From positions 1 through 35,264 of IMG/VR virus record IMGVR_UViG_3300009702_000012: 35,264 nt of DNA; one strand, given 5' to 3'. The DNA comes from a virus. Below the pieces are notes generated by a model that was given only the letters and a program-made list of their open reading frames with translations, ran no database searches and had not been told where the DNA came from. A program made the position numbers and the translations under genes. This document shows, piece by piece, positions 1 to 8,020 of the stretch (its first letter is position 1; every line of letters begins with the position of its first letter).

Positions 1-80
1 TAAATGTAGGGGATTACTTAAGTCCAACTGCTGGCGGTGGCTCCGATGGTTCTGGAATAGGTTCGGTCATTAGTTCAGGA
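1..80. repeat. Terminal overlap identical to 35185..35264 (circular closure or terminal redundancy; unit length 35184 bp)
   Basis: Base-by-base comparison of the two window ends: 80/80 identical. Confidence 0.95.
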
Positions 81-1328
81 ACTCAAACATACCCCACAGA
101 CTTAACCGTAGAAGGTCAAGGAACTGTGGTTACTTCGTTGGCTGGTTCCACCCTAACCATATCTGGTATTGCTGGGACTGCTGGTGGCGGAAATCCCGTT
201 GATAGTCGTGCTGCTACCGGAGATATTATCCCTGACACTAATCATATTTATGATATAGGTAATGATGGTTCTGGATGGAATAATGTATATGCAAATAGTG
301 GTACTTTTAGTTCTGGTTTTATTGCTGGTTCTGGTCAAGTAATCGGAGAATTAGTAGTTGGAGATGTTACCAACTCCGTTAGAATAAATAAAAGTACCCG
401 TTCTATTGAGTTCTACGAAGGCGCCATTAAAAGAGCATTATTATTTGACGGTGGATTAGAATGGAAAACTGGTGCTTATGTATTATGGGGAAGTGATGCA
501 AAACTAAAACGTAATGCAGAGAATGATTTACTTATTGAAAATGGAGCCGGAGTAAGTGGAACGTTCACAGGAGGAAGTGGCGTTTTTGCTAAACAGGTCA
601 CCATTTCTGGTGTGAATGTTGGGGATTATTTAAGCACTACCGCAGGTGGCGCAGATGGCTCGGGTGTTGGTTCAATCATCGCTTCTGGAAGCACCATCTA
701 TCCAAGTGACCTAACAGTTGATGGGGCAGGAACGGTCAAAGTAAGTGTGGCTGGCTCCACGATGACCATCTCCGGCATAGCAGGTGCTGGTGGTGGCGTA
801 ACTGACCACGGATTACTGACTGGTCTCGCAGACGACGACCACACACAGTATCTACTGCGGGCAGACTTTGCGGCATCTGGAAATAACGGCGGTGTCCCGC
901 TTTCAGGAACTACCGTTGGAGCCGCGTCCCAAATGTATATCAGCGGTGTCGCTGTTGGAGATTTCTTGGGCGGGGGCGGCGGAACATCAAACGGCTCCGG
1001 CGTAGGCTCAATCATTGCGTCAGGAAGCACCATATATCCATCAGACCTAACCATTGCTGGTGCTGGCACTGTTACGGCAAGCGTGGCTGGCTCAACTCTA
1101 ACCATATCTGGTATTGCGGGCGGAGGCGGAAGCGGAAGCCCAGTTGATAGCCGCGCGGCAACCGGAGATATCTTGGTTGATACCAGCGGTGCCTATATGC
1201 TCGGCTCAAAGGCTAAACCATTTGCGTCAGGTGCTTTTGATAGCGTGGTTCTTCTCGCAAGTGGAGATGGGAGCGCTTGGAGAATGCGCGTTAACACAGA
1301 CGGCTCACTTTATACGGAAAGTATCTAA
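1..1328 (+). CDS. Tail fibre-like protein, C-terminal portion (continuation of 33531..35264 across the junction; joined ORF 2982 nt / 993 aa)
   Basis: The frame with codons at 3,6,9... is open from base 1 to TAA 1326-1328. It is in phase with 33531..35264 once the 80-nt overlap is removed. Contains Gly/Ser-rich repeated modules and a DHGLLTGLADDDHTQYLLR motif near 804. Confidence 0.8.
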   Translation, partial: NVGDYLSPTAGGGSDGSGIGSVISSGTQTYPTDLTVEGQGTVVTSLAGSTLTISGIAGTAGGGNPVDSRAATGDIIPDTNHIYDIGNDGSGWNNVYANSGTFSSGFIAGSGQVIGELVVGDVTNSVRINKSTRSIEFYEGAIKRALLFDGGLEWKTGAYVLWGSDAKLKRNAENDLLIENGAGVSGTFTGGSGVFAKQVTISGVNVGDYLSTTAGGADGSGVGSIIASGSTIYPSDLTVDGAGTVKVSVAGSTMTISGIAGAGGGVTDHGLLTGLADDDHTQYLLRADFAASGNNGGVPLSGTTVGAASQMYISGVAVGDFLGGGGGTSNGSGVGSIIASGSTIYPSDLTIAGAGTVTASVAGSTLTISGIAGGGGSGSPVDSRAATGDILVDTSGAYMLGSKAKPFASGAFDSVVLLASGDGSAWRMRVNTDGSLYTESI

Positions 1329-1531
1329 TGTCTAAACATATTTTGATTGATAAATATGGTATTCATCACTGTTCGGGTTCTTACTATTTTACGGAAGAAC
1401 TTATTATGCCGAGTGGCGTAGACCAATCTTCTAATATGCGTGGAGATGGACACGTCTCTTATGATAACATAACTAATACATTCTATGTGGCGAGCGGAAA
1501 TGGCTGGATGAGTTTATTGATGGCGGAATAA
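1328..1531 (+). CDS. Small fibre-associated protein, paralog 1 (67 aa)
   Basis: TAATG stop-start overlap with the fibre gene. Shares the module SGSYYF..LIMPSGVD..G.V.Y......F.V..GNGW with 1532..1735 and with the C-terminus of 2042..3175. Confidence 0.6.
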   Translation: MSKHILIDKYGIHHCSGSYYFTEELIMPSGVDQSSNMRGDGHVSYDNITNTFYVASGNGWMSLLMAE

Positions 1532-1735
1532 ATGAAGATTACACATATAAATGATTTTGATACATTTCAAAATGCTTCGGGGTCTTTCGATTTCTTAAAG
1601 TCTTCGATAGTCATACCGACAGTTGATACTTTACCTGTCCCCACTACATCAGGACAGATGGTGTTCGTGGCGCCCAGCGGCAAGTTAGCAATCGCCCACG
1701 ATTTAACTACGTGGAAAACACATCAGTTGGCTTAA
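1532..1735 (+). CDS. Small fibre-associated protein, paralog 2 (67 aa)
   Basis: Starts 1 nt after the previous stop, and is the same length as its paralog. NASGSFDF..IVIPTVD..GQMVFVAPSGKLAI...W aligns by eye with the last 55 aa of the beta-helix protein. Confidence 0.6.
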   Translation: MKITHINDFDTFQNASGSFDFLKSSIVIPTVDTLPVPTTSGQMVFVAPSGKLAIAHDLTTWKTHQLA

Positions 1736-1736
1736 A

Positions 1737-2045
1737 ATGGCGGAACTTATTATCAGTATGCGAGATAAACATAATGGTAGCACTTTGACTGTTATGGAAG
1801 ACGGCCATCAATGGGGAACCAAAGAAGGGCCGCCAAACTTCGCTATCATTAAAATAACCGGCGTGACCGCAGATACTTTGCGGCAATATTTAGGCTCTAC
1901 GGAAACCCATAAGCATCGGTTTAGAGTTATGTTAGAAAATATAACACCAACTCAAAGAAATAGATTATTAAGTGGAAAAATAACACTCACCCTACCTCAA
2001 TTACGCTCCGTCCTATATGACCGCAAACTAGGAAGAAAAGTATGA
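1737..2045 (+). CDS. Hypothetical protein (102 aa)
   Basis: ORF packed between neighbours, with an ATGA overlap with the downstream gene. No motif recognised. Confidence 0.55.
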   Translation: MAELIISMRDKHNGSTLTVMEDGHQWGTKEGPPNFAIIKITGVTADTLRQYLGSTETHKHRFRVMLENITPTQRNRLLSGKITLTLPQLRSVLYDRKLGRKV

Positions 2046-3175
2046 CTGTTAATGTAAGCACCATTGCGAGTGGCGGCCATCCCTACGCAACCGACTATAC
2101 ATCGGCTATTACTTGGGAGTCGGCCACTGATAATGATTTGGTGACTACCACCACCATTGAGATTTTAGAGTTTCACTCTGAGGTAACTGAGGCATCTTTA
2201 TTAGATATTCAAGGCGCCACTACTAACGCAAACTTTTATAGAGTTTGGACTAATAATCCATCTGGTGGAGCATTCAACCATAGTGGGGTATATGGTCAAG
2301 GTGTAGGTTGGAAAAATACCGCCAGCACATCGCCAGGCCTATATTTCCGCGAAGATTATCCCAGAATTTCTGGTATTTATATGGACGGTGTTCGCGTTGG
2401 ACGTTTCAGTGACACGGTGGTAGGTTATGTTTTGAATGATGTGGTTTCTTCTGGTAAAAGTTACTGTATTTCTTCAATTAATGGTGGCTCTGGTATAATG
2501 AGAAACTGTATCGGTATAGATGGTGATGAAAGAGCATTTTCATTAAATGATACATCATACACTGAATTTATTAACTGTATTGGCTTTAATAGCAACCTAA
2601 GTAATAATAGTTTTAGAGAAGGAATAAAAGTTGAAGATGGTGCGACAGCCTATATTATAAACTGTGCTTCATTAAATAATCTAAGAGGTGATTGGAGTGT
2701 TGGAACAGCGACCATCTATGGTAGTGGCAACGCTTCAAGCGATAGTAGCGCGCCGGGAGATAGACCGCTAACTAATGTAGACGCTTCAACGTGTTTCGCC
2801 AATAGCGGAGTTAGAAATTTGGCGCCAATTGCTGGTTCGCCACTAACTGATGCGGGCGTCTCTAATGCGGCTGATTATGGCGGCGACATTGATATTATTG
2901 GAACGGCTCGCCCGCAGTATGGTCTCTATGATATTGGCGCCTATGAATACATCTATCCATCACAGACACTCTTGGAATATTTGGCTATCAACGGAGATAA
3001 CAGCAACGCCAGCGGTGTCTATTTCTTCACGGACGGTGTGTTTACTGTGCCAGTATTTAGCGACGTTCAAAGTATTACCCCAACGGCTAACTCAATGGCC
3101 TACATAGCCCCAAGTTCAGCATTAGTAATCTATAATAATGTAATGTCTATGTGGGAGAAAGCGATATTCGCATAA
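2042..3175 (+). CDS. Right-handed parallel beta-helix protein, putative tailspike / polysaccharide depolymerase, with a C-terminal 55-aa fibre module
   Basis: Repeated rung-like motifs (RNCIGIDGD, INCIGFNSN, IINCASLNN). Also DIIGTARPQYGLYDIGAYEY, a motif typical of pectate-lyase-fold beta-helix proteins. Lies in the fibre gene neighbourhood. Confidence 0.65.
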   Translation: MTVNVSTIASGGHPYATDYTSAITWESATDNDLVTTTTIEILEFHSEVTEASLLDIQGATTNANFYRVWTNNPSGGAFNHSGVYGQGVGWKNTASTSPGLYFREDYPRISGIYMDGVRVGRFSDTVVGYVLNDVVSSGKSYCISSINGGSGIMRNCIGIDGDERAFSLNDTSYTEFINCIGFNSNLSNNSFREGIKVEDGATAYIINCASLNNLRGDWSVGTATIYGSGNASSDSSAPGDRPLTNVDASTCFANSGVRNLAPIAGSPLTDAGVSNAADYGGDIDIIGTARPQYGLYDIGAYEYIYPSQTLLEYLAINGDNSNASGVYFFTDGVFTVPVFSDVQSITPTANSMAYIAPSSALVIYNNVMSMWEKAIFA

Positions 3176-3339
3176 TGAAAATGTTCTGGAAAATCCTACG
3201 CAATTGGCGTAAAGTATTAAATATCATCAATCTAATCAAAGCAGCGTTCGAAGACCACCAACTAACCGAAAGTGAAGCAATGGCTGTCCTCAAGGCAACC
3301 GGAGACATTTTAGTTGAAATGAAGATTATAGAGAAGTAA
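3175..3339 (+). CDS. Hypothetical small protein (54 aa)
   Basis: ATG 3175 forms a TAATG overlap with the upstream stop, the same coupling style as at 1328 and 33531. The track ORF 3151..3339 is the same frame. No motif recognised. Confidence 0.4.
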   Translation: MKMFWKILRNWRKVLNIINLIKAAFEDHQLTESEAMAVLKATGDILVEMKIIEK

Positions 3340-3398
3340 ATCTCGAACGTTTATGTCGGTATATCCGTCTTAACTGACTACCGACTGAAGGGAAAATA

Positions 3399-4256
3399 AT
3401 GACCAAGAAATTGAAGAAGGTCACCCGCACGTGTCAAGTGTGCGGTTTAGAGAAAGACCGAAGAGGCGGCTACTATAAGGATAATAAAGAAGTCTGCCGA
3501 AAATGCGTAAATGCCGGCAAAAACGCTAATCCATTCAATCTGACCGAAGCCGACATCAAATATTATAAGAAAAATGACCCAGCGGCGTTGGAGCAACTCC
3601 TCAAGATAAGTTCCACCGGCGCTTTTCTTTTTCAGCCACAGGACTATCAGCGTCAATTCTTCGCCGATATTGAAGCCCATACCTATCGCCAATATTTGGT
3701 GACTGCCGGCAACCGATTAGGCAAGAGCCAATCCGTAATGTGCGCACTCGCTCGCATTGCGCTAACCACCAAAAATCTAAAAATAGTGGTGGTAACCAAC
3801 ACCTATGCGACCATATCTCAGGTCATAGTCCCTAAACTTTTCAAGGATTTCCAGTTCAAGATACCCAAGAAGGGCCTGACAGGCTATCAGGCTTACCAGG
3901 ATGGCGCCTGGGGACCGCCACTAATCCCCCAAGAGTTTATCCGTGAGTTCCATAAGGGACGCTCAGGGATGGACCTGGTGGTTCTGACGAACGGCACCGA
4001 GATACGCGCAATCCCCGCATCAGCCGAAACAGCAGATAGATTTCAAGGCTGGGTAGCAGACTATGTGTTTTTAGATGAGGCGTTGCCACCTGGAACTAAC
4101 GGGATGCTTGCGGAATCCAAACACGCTTGCTGGATAGGGATGGCTCGCTGGTATGTAGCGCGACATTCTTGGATGCATCTCAGGAAATCATTGACTGGTT
4201 CGTCGATATTGAGGATGGAGTTATCCCAAATTCCCATAAATATAAATGGGGATTGA
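3399..4256 (+). CDS. terL: Terminase large subunit, N-terminal part: Zn-ribbon plus ATPase domain (frame broken near 4121)
   Basis: CQVCG..(18)..CRKC zinc ribbon; Walker A-like AGNRLGKS; Walker B DYVFLDEA. The last ~45 codons of this ORF look like out-of-frame read-through. Confidence 0.8.
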   Translation: MTKKLKKVTRTCQVCGLEKDRRGGYYKDNKEVCRKCVNAGKNANPFNLTEADIKYYKKNDPAALEQLLKISSTGAFLFQPQDYQRQFFADIEAHTYRQYLVTAGNRLGKSQSVMCALARIALTTKNLKIVVVTNTYATISQVIVPKLFKDFQFKIPKKGLTGYQAYQDGAWGPPLIPQEFIREFHKGRSGMDLVVLTNGTEIRAIPASAETADRFQGWVADYVFLDEALPPGTNGMLAESKHACWIGMARWYVARHSWMHLRKSLTGSSILRMELSQIPININGD

Positions 4257-5098
4257 GTGATGCTAACCATATAAGCGAAGAAATGAAGCAGAGGTTCCGC
4301 GCAACCATCCCGAAACACCTGCTGGGCGTCAAAACTGAGGGCGAATTATCAGCGCGAGCAGGGCTCGTTATCCCTAAATATCGGGATGCTGTAATAACGG
4401 CGCAGGAATGTCCCATTTTATACCGGCAAAGTGGACACTGGATTATTGACCGCAGGTGCGAGATTATCGTTGGAATTGACCCGGGCGGCGGAAAAGCAAG
4501 ATTTGGGATAGTGATGTGTGCGATAAACGCAGAAAACCGCAATGCCTACTTTATTGATAGCGATTATACTGAGGCTAACCAAACGGTAGAAAAGGCCGCC
4601 AAAAATATAGCCAGACTGTGCCAACGCTGGCACATTCCCAAGAAAAACGGCATTACGCGCATAGTTATGGATTGCGCCACTGACCGCGGCCCACTCGGTA
4701 GCCTCAAGGTAGAGATGAGTAAATGGCTCAAACACTACGGCATACGCGCTTCTAACACAGGAACAGGCGTCATTTCCGCAGAAAAGATGGGGAAAAATGG
4801 CGCGCTGGATAAAATGCGTCAGACTTTCGAGAGTGGGCGGGCATTCTTGGTGAAAAACCGCTGCACCAAACTCATCAAAGAACTTTCCTATTATAGTTGG
4901 GATGCGAGAACCGGTAAACCCAAGAAGCGCGGCTACATTGACTGCTGCGATGCGACACTCTATATCTGTAATCTAATACCAAAATCCAAGAAAGCCAAAC
5001 ACTGGACCCGAACCGACTATGTGGAAGAATTCTTCCAAGAAGCGAAGAAGCGGAGATTGCGCGAAAAACGGCGCGAACTGGGCCAAACAGAATTTTAG
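4127..5098 (+). CDS. terL: Terminase large subunit, C-terminal part: coupling motif plus RNaseH-like nuclease domain (frame open from 4100)
   Basis: LVCSATF (ATPase coupling motif position). IIVGIDPGGGKARFGIV, VMDCATDRG and YIDCCDATLY are acidic nuclease-fold motifs. The frame is -1 relative to 3399..4256. Confidence 0.8.
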   Translation: MLDRDGSLVCSATFLDASQEIIDWFVDIEDGVIPNSHKYKWGLSDANHISEEMKQRFRATIPKHLLGVKTEGELSARAGLVIPKYRDAVITAQECPILYRQSGHWIIDRRCEIIVGIDPGGGKARFGIVMCAINAENRNAYFIDSDYTEANQTVEKAAKNIARLCQRWHIPKKNGITRIVMDCATDRGPLGSLKVEMSKWLKHYGIRASNTGTGVISAEKMGKNGALDKMRQTFESGRAFLVKNRCTKLIKELSYYSWDARTGKPKKRGYIDCCDATLYICNLIPKSKKAKHWTRTDYVEEFFQEAKKRRLREKRRELGQTEF

Positions 5099-5107
5099 AA
5101 AAAAAGA

Positions 5108-5136
5108 TTGCAGCAAATTGCTTTACTGACTATATT
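5108..5136 (+). promoter_or_regulatory. Sigma70-type promoter candidate TTGCAG-N17-TATATT, abutting the ATG at 5142 (leaderless or near-leaderless transcript)
   Basis: Hexamers at 5108-5113 and 5131-5136 with 17-nt spacing. There is no SD between the -10 and ATG 5142. An A-rich tract lies upstream. Confidence 0.45.
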
Positions 5137-5141
5137 ATAGT

Positions 5142-5759
5142 ATGAAAACCTGTAATTCCTGCGGAAAGAAAAAGCCGCTAACCGATTATTCGCCCAAACA
5201 GGGCAGATGTAAGAAATGCCGGGCTACCATAGCAAAAAAGCGCTACTGGCTCAATCCAAAGGGCATTCATACGGATAAAAGAACATTTATGGGCCGCGTA
5301 AATAGGCTTATCGGCAACTGGAAAAAACACGTCCTAAATCTGGGCGGCGGCTTTCTCCCACGCAAAGCACGCCAACGGGCGCGCAAAGTATTCGGGCGGC
5401 TCCTAAAAAGCCATACTTATAGGGATATCCTCATTGCTCTCCTGAATTATCCCGAGAAATTTCACTGGTTCTCCAATAAAAGCATTGGTTTCTATCATAT
5501 GGTCATCAATGAGTGTAAAGTTGCGTCAGACTATCTTAGACCACAGAGTGGTCCAAGACACCTTGGCGGGGACAGCCTTTTCGCCGCTGTCCCGGCTAAA
5601 AAGGAAATTATGAAAAGAGGAAGCCGAGAAGAACGGGAATATAGAGAAAAATGGCTGTTGAAGAGGCCTACTAATCAAAAGTCAAGTGGGCAAGAGACTA
5701 ATTTCATTGATAATGGGCTCAGTCAGTGGTTAACGATGCCCGTGTTGCGGCTTTCCTGA
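5142..5759 (+). CDS. Zn-ribbon protein, basic, unknown function (205 aa)
   Basis: N-terminal CNSCG..(15)..CKKC. Lys/Arg-rich. First gene of the methyltransferase block. Confidence 0.6.
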   Translation: MKTCNSCGKKKPLTDYSPKQGRCKKCRATIAKKRYWLNPKGIHTDKRTFMGRVNRLIGNWKKHVLNLGGGFLPRKARQRARKVFGRLLKSHTYRDILIALLNYPEKFHWFSNKSIGFYHMVINECKVASDYLRPQSGPRHLGGDSLFAAVPAKKEIMKRGSREEREYREKWLLKRPTNQKSSGQETNFIDNGLSQWLTMPVLRLS

Positions 5760-5765
5760 CGCAAA

Positions 5766-6707
5766 ATGAGCTTCCAAGATAAACAGCAGGCGTTTCTTGC
5801 TTCCATCAAAAATAAGAATGGAAAATATAAGCGTGTAATCAGTTCTCCTCTGAGATATGCGGGCGGTAAAACTAATGCTGTCGGCTTTATTATTGAAGCC
5901 CTGCCTCCTATCGACAGACTAATATCTCCATTTTTAGGTGGTGGTTCGGTTGAGTTCGCCATCAATAAAATATTCGATATTCCAGTTATAGGCTATGATA
6001 TTTTTGATATTTTGATAAATTATTGGGTGTGGCAAATTAATAGCCCAGAAATATTGGCTATGGGCTTATCTAAATTGACGCCAAATAAAGAAACTTATGC
6101 TAAAATTAAAGAGCGGCTCAAAAAACATTGGAATAAAGAGATAGCACTTAATTCGTTGGAATTAGCCATACATTATTTTTTTAATCATAATCTATCATAT
6201 GGACCAGGATTTTTAGGCTGGCCTTCAAGCGTTTATATGAACCAAAAGCGCTATGATGCTATATTAGAGAGAGTGCGAACATTCAAAGCATCTAATTTTG
6301 AAGTAAAATGTGGAAGTTTTGAACAGGTTTTTCAGCGTTATCCTAATGATTGCTTTTATTTAGACCCGCCCTATTTACTTAACGAAGACGCAGAAGAAAT
6401 ATTAGGTAGACCTGATAAAGAAAATAAAATGTTTCGCGGTATTTATCCTATGAGAAATATTACCTGTCATTCAAGAGGCTTTAATCATAAGTTATTGGCG
6501 CAATTAATCCATAACCATAAAGGCCCAGTCATTCTATCCTATAATAATTGCGAAGCAGTCCGCAAGTTATATGATGGTTTCGAGCAATCCTTCCCATCTT
6601 GGTCTTACACTATGGGGCAGGGAGAAACACGCATTGGTAAAAATCGCATAGAAGCAGGTAATACCCATATTAAAAAATCTCACGAAATTATTATCAAAAA
6701 AAACTAA
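5766..6707 (+). CDS. dam: DNA N6-adenine methyltransferase, Dam / D12 class (alpha group)
   Basis: LRYAGGK N-terminal motif, motif I SPFLGGGSVEF and motif IV FYLDPPY, in the order I then IV. Confidence 0.9.
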   Translation: MSFQDKQQAFLASIKNKNGKYKRVISSPLRYAGGKTNAVGFIIEALPPIDRLISPFLGGGSVEFAINKIFDIPVIGYDIFDILINYWVWQINSPEILAMGLSKLTPNKETYAKIKERLKKHWNKEIALNSLELAIHYFFNHNLSYGPGFLGWPSSVYMNQKRYDAILERVRTFKASNFEVKCGSFEQVFQRYPNDCFYLDPPYLLNEDAEEILGRPDKENKMFRGIYPMRNITCHSRGFNHKLLAQLIHNHKGPVILSYNNCEAVRKLYDGFEQSFPSWSYTMGQGETRIGKNRIEAGNTHIKKSHEIIIKKN

Positions 6708-7738
6708 TGGAACATAAGACAACTCATAAAATTTATTTTAGCAATTCTCAAAAAATGGAAGATGTTCCTGATGAGAGCGTAAATCTTATTATCACGTCTC
6801 CAATATATCCAATGATAGAAATGTGGGATAAACAGTTTAGTCTAATGAATAAAAAAATTGCGAAAGCGATAGAAGAAGAAGATGGCGTAAAAGCATATGA
6901 ATTAATGAACATTGAATTAAACGCAGTTTGGAATGAATGTATTAGAGTTATGGCGCCGGGCGGTATTATCTGTATTAATATTGGTGACGCCACTCGAACC
7001 ATTGGAAAAAGATTTGCTGTCTATCCTAATCACGCAAGGATTATTGAGCATTTTATATCCTCAAAGTTAGATATGCTTCCCAGCATTATATGGAAGAAAA
7101 CCAGTAATAAACCGAATAAATTTATGGGTTCTGGAATGTTGCCAGTTGGTGCATATATTACAATGGAACACGAGCATATTTTGATTTTTCGCAAGAACCC
7201 AAGGCGCGAATTCAAAAATGATAAAGAGTTGCGGCGAAATAGCGCGTTTTTTTGGGAAGAACGAAATAAGTGGTTTAGCAATGTTTGGTCTGATGTCGGT
7301 GGAGTAAGGCAAAACATTACTTCCTATTCGAGAAAAAGGTCGGCAGCATACCACCTAAATATACCATTTCGCCTAATAAATATGTATTCCATATATGGCG
7401 ATACTATATTAGACCCATTTATGGGATTAGGCACCACAGCATTAGCCGCAGCCATTTCGGGCAGAAACTCCATAGGATATGAAATATGCCCAGAACTGAA
7501 ACCAGAAATTGATAATACGCTTCATCAGTGCGTAAAGTTATCGAAAGAAAAACATTTAGAGAGACTAAAATCCCACCATAACTTTATCCAAAACAGAATA
7601 AATGTAAAATATGTGCTTGAAGAATATGATACGCCAGTTATGACTAATCAAGAAACATCCATAAAATTATTTATAGCACAGAAAATAAAGAAAATTAGTG
7701 ACACCACATACAGTGTTCAAGGAAAATTAGGAGTATAA
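6707..7738 (+). CDS. DNA methyltransferase, beta-class N4-cytosine/N6-adenine family (N6_N4_Mtase type)
   Basis: Motif IV region DESVNLIITSPIYP comes first. It is followed by RVMAPGGIICINIGD and motif I ILDPFMGLGTTALAAAISGRNSIGYE. TAATG overlap with dam. Confidence 0.9.
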   Translation: MEHKTTHKIYFSNSQKMEDVPDESVNLIITSPIYPMIEMWDKQFSLMNKKIAKAIEEEDGVKAYELMNIELNAVWNECIRVMAPGGIICINIGDATRTIGKRFAVYPNHARIIEHFISSKLDMLPSIIWKKTSNKPNKFMGSGMLPVGAYITMEHEHILIFRKNPRREFKNDKELRRNSAFFWEERNKWFSNVWSDVGGVRQNITSYSRKRSAAYHLNIPFRLINMYSIYGDTILDPFMGLGTTALAAAISGRNSIGYEICPELKPEIDNTLHQCVKLSKEKHLERLKSHHNFIQNRINVKYVLEEYDTPVMTNQETSIKLFIAQKIKKISDTTYSVQGKLGV

Positions 7739-7739
7739 A

Positions 7740-7937
7740 ATGAAAAGAAACTGTTCTCGCTGTGGGAAAAAAATGACCGATAAAGAATATATTGAATATT
7801 TAGAAAAAGAAATCGAAAGATTAAAAACCACTACTATCACCTATCCTATTTATATTTTAGATAAATCTCCCATCACACCTATTCCATATAATCCCAGTCC
7901 TTTTATTTGGAATGATAATACTACTCATTATATGTAA
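7740..7937 (+). CDS. Hypothetical small protein with N-terminal CxxC (65 aa)
   Basis: GGAG SD 7 nt upstream. CSRCGKK is followed by a coiled-coil-like segment. Confidence 0.55.
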   Translation: MKRNCSRCGKKMTDKEYIEYLEKEIERLKTTTITYPIYILDKSPITPIPYNPSPFIWNDNTTHYM

Positions 7938-8020
7938 AAAAAGTTTTTCCTCAATGTTAAATAAGTGTACTATACATTGAAGGAAAAAAGTTTTTCTCAA
8001 TGTTAAATCTATGTAATATA
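7937..8020 (+). promoter_or_regulatory. Tandem duplicated promoter-like element (copies 7937..7962 and 7984..8008), each followed by TGT-A(C/A)TATA
   Basis: AAAAAAGTTTTTC(C)TCAATGTTAAAT occurs twice, 47 bp apart, differing by one C. Downstream are TGTACTATA (about 7966) and TGTAATATA (8012-8020), which resemble extended -10 boxes. The element sits at the start of the early gene block. Confidence 0.5.

Noticed and set aside
2850-3107. Embedded same-strand ORFs in alternative frames (2850..3107, 8672..8875, 9174..9386, 13716..14066, 18206..18397, 20538..20789, 20796..21032, 24842..25057, 25937..26188)
   Set aside because: All are nested in stronger ORFs, lack an RBS, and have biased, low-complexity translations. 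No evidence for overprinting can be derived from a single sequence.
3355-3385. Inverted repeat GTCGGTA...TACCGAC between 3175..3339 and terL
   Set aside because: It is only a 7-bp stem with a 17-nt loop and no U-tract. It is not distinguishable from chance in a 35-kb sequence.
4097-4130. Programmed -1 ribosomal frameshift in terL
   Set aside because: There is no X_XXY_YYZ heptamer, no obvious downstream pseudoknot or hairpin, and TerL is not a gene class known to use a programmed frameshift. A 1-nt indel in the AAA run is the simpler explanation.
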